Shown: piece by piece, positions 1 to 11,600 of the stretch
Position numbering within the stretch: position 1 is the first letter of the stretch
Layout of the letters: each line of letters begins with the position of its first letter
Notes under the pieces: model-generated
Databases searched by the model: none
Told to the model about the DNA's origin: nothing
What the model saw: only the letters and a program-made list of their open reading frames with translations
Assembly (NCBI GenBank): GCA_965153355.1
Contig: OZ231126.1
Coordinates: 27,466,001 to 27,530,000 of the forward strand
DNA length: 64,000 bases
Direction: 5' to 3'
Source: Flaccisagitta enflata
Lineage: Eukaryota
Position numbers and translations under genes: made by a program

Positions 1-1129
1 CTATCATTTGGGACCTCAAAATGTTGACCTTTATTGATGGGGAACCTTTAAAAGCGAGGCTGTTATTGCGGGGTTCCACTGTAATAGAGAAAATGATTTT
101 GAAGATTCTCAAATTATCTTTTATTCTAGACCAATCCCAGATTTGTATCTTTAACAGTTAAGGAGCTAGAGCTCTCTAAAGTGAGACGCCATTTTGCTGA
201 ATTTTGTCTTTTTTAAAGGAACTGCAAAAACAAATTTGGCAACTTTTTACTCGAACTAATGACATTTCCATACGAAAAAAGATACCAGATTTCAATTACT
301 TTTTTTGATTTTCAATGGTGCAATCAACCATTCAAAAGTGCATATTTTTTTTAGATGCGTCCTCGCAGAGGGTCTGCCCGTCTGTCCATCCGTCTGTTAC
401 GCCTCCTTGAAAATCAGTTTTTGGCACTTTTCAGCCGCGAGGATGTCATGTATCAAGTAATTAGAATATTTTGAGAGCCTCATTCGATACTACTATCTTC
501 GCCAAAAGAAACGCAGCAGTTGATAAATAGGTTCATTATGTAAGTTTTTGCAGAAGAACGGTATGTCTGCTGGAACAATGTTTGCTGTCATTGGATCAAC
601 AGTTGTCTTTTTTTTATTTGATAAGGTTGATATGGTGATAATAAAAAATGAAAAACATATCTAGAATTGTAAGACGCTTGCCATTGATATGACTATAAAC
701 TTGACGTAATATTTGTATTTTACAAAAATTATTTATCATAAGAATAATAACTAAACAGTGAGAAAAAGTAAAAAATATCATCAAAGAGTCTCATTTGGCC
801 AAATCATACGCAATAAGTAATTTGAAATACCGAATTGTTTCTCTGGAATCTCGTACAGCATGCTGTCAATGATTCGAGCAAAATTTAAGAAATTAATCTT
901 ATTTCCTTAATGATTTTTTAAATGCATGAAATATTAAAACCGTGCGTTGGCCAACTTCTTGTGCTTGCATCAAGCTGCACACCAAGATTCAACTACCCCT
1001 GATATCTATCCACGCATATGCAAAAGCTCAATAGGATCTGTAGAGTCAGCTAGAGTCAGCTCGCGTTCAAAGATATTACTCAAATATGCAAATTAAGTAA
1101 ATGCAAAATGAAATTTATTTCGTAATGAT

Positions 1130-1132
<3 letters not shown>

Positions 1133-1202
<70 letters not shown>
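1133..1202. repeat. (GA)n microsatellite
   Basis: Uninterrupted AG dinucleotide run. Confidence 0.95.
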
Positions 1203-1206
<4 letters not shown>

Positions 1207-1589
1207 GACAAAAAAATAAAAAAAGATTGGTATAAATGAATTCCTTGTTTCAGATTGTGAATTCATTTAACATCGCTGAATCTAATAATTTTCTTTGTTT
1301 TTACAATACTCAGATTAAATTATGTTTCATGATACTTTGTTTTGAGCAATTTGAATTCTTTTTTTAGGTTGAAAACAAGGCCAACCCCTATAAGTCGCGC
1401 GCGAGACTTACAGATTGATTTAGAATGACTTAGAATGGCTTGGAATGACTTAGTTTACCCTAAAATGACTTGAAATGACATAAAGAAATAAATTACCGAC
1501 TGACCAACCAACCGACTGACCGTCTAACCGACGGACGGACAAAGCGGGGTGTAGAGTTGCGTGCACGCGACTAAAAAGAAAAAGCAGAT

Positions 1590-1612
1590 CTGTCTCTTTC
1601 TCTCTGTCTCTC

Positions 1613-1689
<77 letters not shown>

Positions 1690-1690
1690 C
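1590..1690. repeat. (TC)n microsatellite
   Basis: TC dinucleotide run; source of the spurious SLSL ORF. Confidence 0.95.
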
Positions 1691-2956
1691 TAGTTTTAAT
1701 CAGCCACTCTGTTTCTATCCACAGAACAGATAGGCGGCAAAATATTCACTTGAGGGTCTTGTGATCGGAACGGACAAAAAAGGCTTCGATATTGCTAAAA
1801 ATATACCGTTTTCAGCTAATCCGCAGTATTTTCGCCGGGGAATCCAAAAATCATGGTCTCGAAAGGCTACAGAAACCAATTCAATATCTTATGCTAATAC
1901 TTACATTATGAAGCTCAAATACTACAGATAAATGTCAGATTTTTATTCCAAAGACGCGTGTGGGCTCCCCCAGCATTAATGATGGCTTGCATTCACCTTG
2001 GCATGGATTGGTAGTGCTGCTACAGGTTTTTGGGTGTGATAGCTCTCCCAGCCATTTCAGCGATTTTTTTTCAGGCCCGTATTTTGGACAATCAACCTTG
2101 TTTTGCTTATGAATTTTAAACAAATTACGCTAGAAATGCAGGGTTGGTCCCATTTTAAACATCTTTTCAGGACCTTTCCAATCTTTTGTGAATTCGTTCA
2201 AAAATTAGCGAGTTATGACATGCGAAACTTGAGCTATTTCATGGGGATTATGTTTTTGTCACTTCTATGAAATAAAGCTTAAATCTACTATCATTTGTAA
2301 ACTATTAGACTTAGTGAGATGCGGATTGCAGGGTTTGATAGATCTTTTGCTCTAGTTTTTTTCTGTCATGAATTTCAATTGAATCTGACTTTGCAAAGGC
2401 ACTCAATTGAGTAAAGTAACTGCTGCGTTTCTTTCGGCAAAGATAGTATGTCCGTCCAAGTCTGGCGTCAAAGTCAATACACGCAGAGACGCAGTCAGGA
2501 CGCATCGTTGCCTGATCGGGCTTGTTTAATTCATTGAGTATGTGCTCCACTGACTACGCTCGAGCAACCACGCTCGATTGAATTGATTCAGACCTGAAGA
2601 TTTCAAATCCGTTGATTTACCGCAATGAAATCTTGGGTTTCTCATAGGGATATATGTCCAGCAGTGGGTAGGTTCCGCTACAGCTAATGTGATATTTGAC
2701 CGTCAAAAATGATGTCATCTGATGCCCAAGACAGCATGACAACAACATGGACTGTCCGGAGATTCCCATCGTGATTACTTGTCGCTCATTCAGGTACAGA
2801 CTAGTGTCTATCAAGAATGACAATTTTGGGTGGAACTCTTGAGATGTCAGTCGCGGCAAACGGCAAGTCACCAACAGCTGCCTCCGATGACTGCGGCATT
2901 CGATGAATCGGTCATCGCGAAAGACTCAGACCGAGCGCAGTTCCAGCGGTAGCTGA

Positions 2957-4628
2957 TTGAAAGTGAGAACATCAACGGACGGCTGGATGGAATTTATTAA
3001 CAGCTTCTCCGACAGAATAACGCGGACGTGGAATCAAACCTTTAGCAGAGTGGGAAAGGGTTTAGCGCCTGCGATTCTAACCTTTCGCAGACTTAGAGAG
3101 TATGAAGCATACGCGAAATGTTTGGACGACTTGGCTCGCACACACAAAATAATGGTGTCAATTCACGACAAGCATTCGGCAAATCACAATAATGAAAAAG
3201 CAGAAGAGCGATGTAAGCGATCGTCCACTTCGTCATCTGTGATCGAGGAAGTCGTCATCTCGAGCGCAGAGCAAATGGTTTCTGGATCAAAGACTCCATA
3301 CTGCCAGACGGAGAAAACTTCTGAATCATCGGCGAAATCACACAGGTCAACAACGGCGTCGAAAGATCTGCTTGCCGAGACTAAATTCGGGTCGAAGGTG
3401 ACGTTTGCGCAGGCCCCCTTCCAAAGACGGGCTAACACTATGGATCAACTGTCCCAGAAGACCAAATCATGCTTAAGATAGAAAAAATGGCTCGCGAATG
3501 GGCTGAAGAGATGGAAAAAGCCAACACTGTTTCAAATGTTTAGCCGGCCCTTAGCGCCATTGAAGCAAGAAGCGGCAGAAGCGGTATTCTACGACTTGAG
3601 CACATCTGCAGAGCAGAATTCTTCGATTGGATTGAGGTAGAGAGGGTAGCCAAGGAGAGGGACTCCTGGTTTCAACGGGTACTGGCGTATAGCAACGAAC
3701 GCTTCTTCAATGAAAGAGATAATATACGCGAGGACTTAGATGGATTCGCCGCCGAACTGCAAGACGAGATCGCCGAGGCAGTTCAGTATAGCCTTGAATT
3801 AGAAAATGTCCCGCTAAAAAATGCTGACAAAGCTTCCATTCTCACTAGCGAGGAGAAAGAAGCCACGATATTGGCGCACGGAAGTGTCATCGCTGATGCC
3901 AAGCAAATCCGTGCGGATATTGAGTCTGTCCAAGAAATGAAGACGAAAATCTCCAACTCGCATTGCGCCTTTCATCGCAAATCATATCGACTTCCGACTA
4001 ACGCTGATGGACTACAATGTGCCGATTGCCTTCGAGCTGGCAAGCGATCATAGGTGCGCGAGAAAAGCTGCCTTGGATCAAGAAGGCGCTTTGGTTTGTC
4101 GAACACGCTTCGGGCCCCGTGGAAATAGAGCCATTGTTCAAGGGGATCAACGCCGCAACCGCCAAGTTTGCCGACGCGCTGCCGATTCTGGAGAAATGTC
4201 GGCGGGAACGCGAGAAGCCAAAGTCCAATTGCCTTTGATACTGCGCTTCTTCTTTTTGCACGAATCAAGAGTTGGCACCGGGGACGTTCCGATGCTGCGA
4301 CCAATGTCGAGCCTATTCACTGTCCCCGCGGTATTTCTACTGCAGCGAAGATTGCTTCGTGGAAGACTGGACTCTTGTCCATTTAAAGTTCCACGAGGCG
4401 AGGAAGCAGGAGGGAGTCGTTGAAGCATCACAGCGCAAGGCCTTGCTACGTCAACTTGGTCAGGAGAAGAATGAAGATGATGATGGCGAGAAAGAAGAGG
4501 AAGATTCAGTTTTCCTCATAGATGACGAGTTGGACAGTGAAGATGACGGCAACAGAGCTGGAGCAGATCCTGAGATTCAAGAAGGACGTCGCCGCCGAAT
4601 GTGCCACGCGTTTGATTGTGGAAAATAG
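2957..4628 (+). pseudogene. Decayed intronless ORF ending in a MYND-like C6H2 zinc finger and an acidic tail
   Basis: Consecutive + strand reading segments (2957-3481, 3544-4053, 4017-4628) broken by stops and frameshifts. Reading through TGA 4236-4238 gives YCASSFC..RCCDQC..YFYCSEDCFVEDWTLVHLKFH, matching the CxxxxC-CxxC-(Y/F)CSxxCF-W-H-H pattern of zf-C6H2/MYND-like fingers. AATAAA near 4963. Confidence 0.5.
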
Positions 4629-5729
4629 GAGAATCGAGACCATGAACAAACCGTGCCCTTTCTCTGCTGCGACCGATGTCGCCTCGAGGGGATTCCACCA
4701 TGGGCGTTCTACTGCAGCCAAGACTGTTTCGCAAAATGAGGGGAAGAAAACTTCGTGGGGACAACCTTGACAAAGGAGAAGAATGCTCGGTTTATGAAGT
4801 TGAACTATGACAATATGTAAATTTGAAAGAATTTTGATGTATGCTTGTCGATGGAGTTAAGTATGATATAAGACTGGATTGTAAGGACCATCGATCGGGG
4901 GTGGAAGGGCATGGGGCATTACGGCTTCCATTTCAGATTTCCCCGTCCTGGTTGCCAATGTAAATAAACTTTATTCCAGTTAGACTCAGTGATGCATACC
5001 GTGTTCTGGTTTATACTGTTATCGAACTCAAACGTCTATTAGCATGATTAATCTAAATAGCTATTTCGAGCTTTCTTAAGTTGCGCGATGCATACAGACA
5101 CTCACATATTCACTAATGTAAGGGTAACGCTTCCATTTATGTGTTCTTTGATTCTTAAATCGATTGAGGTCTCTCTTGAGTACGCAAAATAACATGGACA
5201 ACTTTATGCAAATAAGCATAATCAGTATTCTTTAATGAAGGCTATTTGATTTAAACCACACTGTGGAATTGAACAAACATGGAAGAAACTGCAATACAAT
5301 TGCAGATAAGATCGCTCATTATTAATAGAATCTTCATCTTCCATTTAGATACTTTTCTCTCTATATCAGCAGCGTTCCAATGCACCAACAAACAGTTTCA
5401 CGTGATAGTGTGCTTTCCAAGAGCAGGTTCCTAAACAGGAAACATGAAACATAATGTAATAGCTTCACTAACAGGGTGACCGGGGTTTAACGGTCCCCGT
5501 TGCAGGAGTTTTGGCAGGGGTACACTGTACAGGAGATAAAAAAAGATTTTTTTTAGAATGAATCTATGAATAAAAAAAAATATAAATCATTAAATGAATA
5601 TTTCAGTACTTTCACCTGTTGAGATACAGTGTAATTCGTTCAATTGACAACCACAACGGTATGTCTTCTCGTTTAGGACTACGTCTTCATTGAAATACTG
5701 ATGTATGCTTCCAGATCCAACAGCCTCAG

Positions 5730-5760
5730 AAAGAGAGAGAGTGAGAGTGAGAGTGAGAGA

Positions 5761-5850
<90 letters not shown>
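5730..5850. repeat. (GA)n microsatellite
   Basis: GA run with GAGT interruptions. Confidence 0.95.
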
Positions 5851-5852
<2 letters not shown>

Positions 5853-7023
5853 AAGACAGAGAGGGACGGAAAGAAAGAGGGAATAAGCGGGAGAGAAAGA
5901 GTCCATACAGGATCGCGCCAATTTTGGGGACCCTGATTAAGCATATACCATTTAATGCTATAAAAACAACGATAATCTAATAACGCCGATTACACAGCGA
6001 CCTTAGTCGCGTGCAGGTGGAAGGGGGAGGAAACATGAAAAAGAATTGTGACATACCGACAAACCAATTAAGATGTGGCTTTTAGAGACACACAGCACGC
6101 GACTGATAGGCAGATGGAAATGTTTCAAGCTTCATCATTCAATCAGTCTGTTTCCTCCCCTGTCCCAACAGCAACATAAATATGTGTTGTTATTCAGTAT
6201 TTGTTTGTTTGTTTGTTTGAGTGTTTGTGTGTTTGTTAGTTTGTGTATGTGTGTTGCTGTTGGGACGGGGAAGAAAACAGACTAATTGATTGAAGCAAAT
6301 AGACATTTCCTGGCTAAGATGCCTGTTTTTACACTTTTTGATGTGAGCATAACTGACCGACTGTCTGACCAACGGATGAACAAAGCCTTGTATAGAGTTG
6401 TGTGTCCACAAATACAGTGACAAAGACGAGCCTGAGGAGCTCGTGATATCACTCATGATAGTAATCCTGTTTCTATTGCTCCTCTAATCACTGACATGCG
6501 AGTCTTTAGTCTACATCCTGCCGTTTCCGTCTCTGTCGGTCCATCCTTCCGTCCATCTCATTTTTATCTGCGGACAGATAACTTCACCTTGCCGCGTTGG
6601 TCTGTCCCTAATTCCGTCCGTCCCAAATATTTTTAAATTGCGCGTGATTTTTGAATTATTGCCCCTGCCCAACCATCCGCAACTGTCTTGCCGTGAACCC
6701 GGCCTCATTGAACAGACATGGGCATATGATATGAATTGATCACAAAAGGACTAAAACGCCTTCATAAAAAAAATTGATCCAAAGGATGGATGAGCGGAAA
6801 TACTGACTGACAAACCGATGGACCCAAATCCCAACTTGAATCGCATGCACGCAACGAAATATGTTAATCAAAACTACCTGAGTTCAATGATCTCTAACGA
6901 AAGTTTGTCCATAATGAAATCCAGGCCGGTATATGATTGAGTCCCCATCCTTGTTTGGGGGGATATGCAGAAAATCAAAGGGATTGGAGATGGGGAAGGA
7001 AATCAAAGAGGGGGAGAAGAAAA

Positions 7024-7174
7024 ACAAGGCCGGATACATGGCCAACAGTTGCGGACGGGTGGGCAAGGGCGGAAATGCGCGTTTTCACACTTTTCAACTC
7101 GATCATTACGGACGGACGGACGGACGGACGGACGGACTAAGCCTCTTATAAAGTTGCGTGTCCGCAACTAAAAA
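7024..7174 (-). mobile_element. Short dispersed HINE/DINE-like element, (GTCC)n family
   Basis: Reverse complement of the element at 55648-55800 and 60133-60294: TTTTAGTTGCGGACACGCAACT..TATAAGAGGC, (GTCC)n, GCCCCTGCCCACCCGTCCGCAACT..GTATCCGGCCTTGTT. Confidence 0.65.
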
Positions 7175-7603
7175 GAAAATTTGGGGAAGTGTTACTTTTG
7201 ACAGTACCAAATCATAAAAACTCTTTATCAAAACGCATTTTAACCTTAATTACATTGATTTATAGCTTTATGGGGAAAAAACATCAAACATATAGAAATG
7301 CAACACGACAGATCGCGGGGAAGAAAATCAAAGGCAGGGGGGGGACTCAATTGTAATTTGTATACACACCCCGGATGAAATCTTTAATCTGATTAGTTGA
7401 CAGTGAGGTGGTGTACGAACATTATTTTGATCTTCGTCGGTTTCAGCATCTCGCTTCGGTTATTTAGAGAAAACATCAAAAAGGTACTAGGTCTGTTATG
7501 ATTTCCTGCTTATATTCATTCATTCATATTCACTCCTTCACAATGATTATTTCTACTGCTCCTGCACACCCGTCCGCGACTAACGCTACTGTGTACACAC
7601 CCC

Positions 7604-8122
7604 TTTTTGGGCAGCGGCCCCGAAGGGCACGAAGTTTGTAGAACACAGGGGGACTTTCGTTCGTCCGTCATTCCGTCCGTTTGTCCCCCCCCAGGCCCTC
7701 TTGGGCCTGAAATCTGCCCTCTCAGGCCTGAAATCTACTCTTTCAGGACTGAAATCTGCCCTCTCAGGCCTTGAATCTGCCCTCTCAGGCCTGAAATGTG
7801 CCTTATCAGACCTGAAATCAGTTCTTTCAGGCCTTGAATCAGCCCTCTTAGATTCAAGGCCTGAGAGGGCAGATTTCAGGCCTGAGAAGATAGATTTCAG
7901 GCCTGAAAGGATACATTTCAGGCCTGAGAAGGCAGATTTCAGGTCTGAGAGGGCCTGGGGGGGCGGACGTACGGAAGGATGGACGAACAAAAGTCCCCCT
8001 GTGTTCTACAGGACTTCGTCCCCTTCGGGACCGCTGCCCTGCTTCCTCTCACTCCAAATAACAATCATGCGAAGCAGGGCAACGGGTATTGCTGACCACA
8101 TATTGCCCTTGGGCGACCTGTT
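7604..8122 (+). mobile_element. Non-autonomous HINE/MITE-like element with inverted repeats and internal 21-bp tandem units
   Basis: GGGCAGCGGCCCCGAAGGG..TAGAACACAGGGGGACTTT is inverted at ~7990-8040. The 21-bp units TCAGGCCTGAAATCTGCCCTC switch orientation midway. The 3' tail (..GACCACATATTGCCCTTGGGCGACCTGTT) recurs at 16190-16226 and 51710-51745. Confidence 0.75.
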
Positions 8123-8638
8123 ATTGGTCGTGTTTCCGGCCCCACAATCAACTTCATTCCAAACCTCAAGTGCGTCCGCATGCTTGATTTCTTGTCGATT
8201 TTTGTGTTTCTTTTTGATTTTTTCCCTTTGATTACGGTATTTGACGGCCGGCCGGGCTGCCCACGGGTGTCATGATTATTGTGTGAATCCACCGCAATAC
8301 ATAATTTACAGGCCACTATGTCTCATCCGCGAGTGCCCCGCGGTTGCTTCGCTCGAATTTTATTTTCATTTTTTCTATCGTATTTTTCTTCGAAAACGTA
8401 AACTGAGTTCAGCCTATTGATGGAAATCGCCTAACTACGCGATGTAGAGCCTCTTTGAATTCTGGATCCAATTTTTGGGAAGGAACAAGCAACATTTACT
8501 TTGTCATACATGACATAACTTTGATTTTTGTTCAGGTAATATACTGTTTGTTTACCACACTCGCAAACAATAAATCTTGAGTCAGCTTTATGTGACTCCA
8601 TCTTGGCGGGGATAAACTGTCAAACGCTGGGCGGGATT

Positions 8639-11600
8639 ATGATGTTGGTGAAGTCGTCCTCACGGGCCAAGGACTTAGCGCCCCTGCTGACCAACGCGAG
8701 ATTCTTCGTGGCGAAGGCGACCACGCCCGGGAACTTGAAAATCGCCAAAGACAAGTCAGTTTGGTCGCCAAATGTTCCCAACGAATTGATCTTGAACGAG
8801 GCTTTCGCTCGAGTCGACAACGTCATCCTTTTCTTCATTCTCGACGGCTTACCGTATTTGCAGGTACGGCGTTACTTTACCTTGACAGCTCTCAACTTTA
8901 GTGTGCTCGTGTGTTTTCAATTTTTCTGTTTAAGGCCATCGGATCTAGTGGTTATGACTTGAGAAAAGCCTCTCCTGGTTTTCTGTTTACACGACCAATT
9001 TAGCTTTATTTTTCATCGCACCACTTTAAAAATGTCATGCATCATTTTCAGTCGAGCTTCAATTGTTGTTGTGCGCGGACAGACGTGCTCTGAAGAAATT
9101 TGCAATGCTAGATGCTGTTAACAACAAACAACAAACCAGATTAGCCAATAGCGATGATGTCAACGGAGAATTTCTGCTGAGTACCCAACTTGTAAACATG
9201 CACTACAAAATGCCTTTAGTTGGTCCGATTGAATCTTGGAGAGAAGCTGACAAATAATTTGTCAGAAGGAGAAGAAACTGAGTTAAATGACAAATTGGCG
9301 GACATTGGCAGGGAAGATAATTTAAGGTGACATATTGGAGAAAGATGGTAGGAAAGACAAACGAACTATGGAAGGGCAGTGCGAAAAGGGGATTTGGCAT
9401 GAAGATACTACAATGACAACATTCAAATAATGCATTCTATCATTCAATCACTCAATCACTCTTTTCTCTTTTCTACAGATTACAACTTGGATATCGTTTC
9501 TTAAAATAGTGTCCATCGTTTTTCTTATTATCCGCCAAGTCTAGATTCCGTCCACCAACAAACAGTAATCTTAAATTCAAATCGATCTCTGCTATTATTG
9601 AAATCTATCGCTCATATCGAGACCCCGGGGGTCGATTTGAGCTGTCCGAGAGAGTCGGACTGTCCGAGAGAGTCGGACAACTACTGATACAACCAAGACC
9701 CAGGGGGTCGGTTGTGAGAAACGAGACCCCGGGGGTCGTTTCTGTGAATTGTGCATCATAAGAATCAAATGTTTGAATAGTAAACGATCGCGACTGACTC
9801 TCATGATTAGATTGAATGAGAAAAAAAAAGCCTTTCTACCATCCATAATTGTTTACGCGCAAATTGATGTTATGCAGAGTTGAAACTCGTTTTGATTTGT
9901 AGTCATGCAATGAGTATGCTATGCATGAATGAATTGTGCACAAACAGCAACCATTAGTAATGACATTCTTTAGTTACTAAGTCCAGTGACTAAGTGATTC
10001 TTACAACGTAATGCGCGAGGCTCGTGAAAAGAAAAAAAAAAGACACAAATTGCACAAGATTACAGTTGATCATGGATGCCGAATATGTGTGTGGAGAAAA
10101 CGATTCAGGATTGGGAGATTCAGTCTCGAGTTTATCGTTTCAACGTGAATTTGAATCATGTCCTCCCAATTGCAGTAAGGGATGGAGTGAAGCGTCGCCA
10201 CCACGGGTGACCGATATTGTTCATCAAGAAATATTGGCTAAATTTGATTGCCTGACAATTGCTACAAAAAGTGATATGCCATCTGGGCTTAAGACTGAGA
10301 AAGCCGAGTTGAGATACAGTTCGAAAGCATTAGATGATAACACAAATGCAGTAGCCGTGAGCAATCATGAGTCTCTGGCCCCTCTCATCGATCTCAGTGA
10401 CCATGATGGGGTCAAGTCATGCCTAAAATTAGGCGATTCAGTGCATTATTCAGAAGAAACCCAAAGAGGGAAGACAACAGGGAAGGTTGTGACGTCACAA
10501 CCAAGGCATGTTTCGAATGTTTTTGGGACGGAAGGAGAGGGTACGGCGGGGGCTCTGGCTTGTACAACAGCCGGTAGGCCATTGCTTGGAACACCAACGC
10601 CAGCGTTTCCCGAGTGCTCATTATTGGATGCTCTAATAATTGCAGAACGACGACGGCCAGTGAAGATGTTTGATGGAACATCAAAAGATATTGATTTTCA
10701 AGATCATTTGCGCATGTTCATACAAGCAATTGATTTGCCCGCGCTTACCTCAGCTGACAAGCTGAGAGAGATACGTCATTGGTTTGATGGACAAGCAGTC
10801 ATGCAGGTGGCTTGCTTCTTCCGCATACAAGATACAGATCGAGCGTTTGAGGGCGCCATTGAGCGTCTGCGCGAAAGATACGCAAATTTCATGGTCACAG
10901 CTGAGGAGATGCTTGGAAGCGTCATGAAGGGTGAAACAATCGAGACAAATGGTTATGACGCAATCAACGGATTCATATGCCAAGTGGAAGATGTGTATGT
11001 CTTAGCACAAGAAACCGGCAGAGACAAAGACTTTAATCGTAATTTGATAATTAGACAAATCTTGAACCGGAAGTTGCCATTTTTGAAATGGAAGTGGGCA
11101 ACCCACGTTGTTGAGAAGGGACTTAATTCAAATGAATTTTCGCACTTCATGGAATTTCTCCGCCGGCAAGAGCGAGTTGCGAGAGAGATGAATGACATTT
11201 GTGCTGATTTGAATCAAGAGGTAGAAGTCGTACTTAGGCCAAAATCAACCCACATCAATGGATGTGGGAAGCACGGAAAGCGAAATCTGGAAAAGAACCA
11301 GAGCGTGGCTAGACATGAAACAAGCCAGACAGGGCAGACATGTGTTCTTGAGGTTCCAGACACAGTAAGCACGCGCCGTAAAAAATGCCAGAATGATATC
11401 CCAAGGGAATATAGGGGAAGCGTTAATTTGAACAAACCGAAATCTGTGATGTCCATGATGCCCGGGCAATCCAGAAGAATCTCAACAGCGCCGAAGATTT
11501 CTGATGTGAAACAATTGTATGTCATCCCGCAAAAACGGAACAAACGCATTGACGCAGACAAGGGAAATGCGTGGAGCCGCCAATCATATTGCACAAATAA

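Noticed and set aside
2311-2874. Minus-strand ORFs as a gene divergent from the MYND-like relic
   Set aside because: No recognisable motif; part (2419-2449) matches 491-521 in reverse complement, suggesting a dispersed repeat.
7586-8231. SGLKSAL / RPERADF heptad ORFs
   Set aside because: Translation of the 21-bp units of a dispersed non-autonomous repeat family.
9063-9400. Small ORFs duplicated at 11926-12308
   Set aside because: They lie within the LTRs; the duplication is explained by the LTR repeat and no domain is recognisable.
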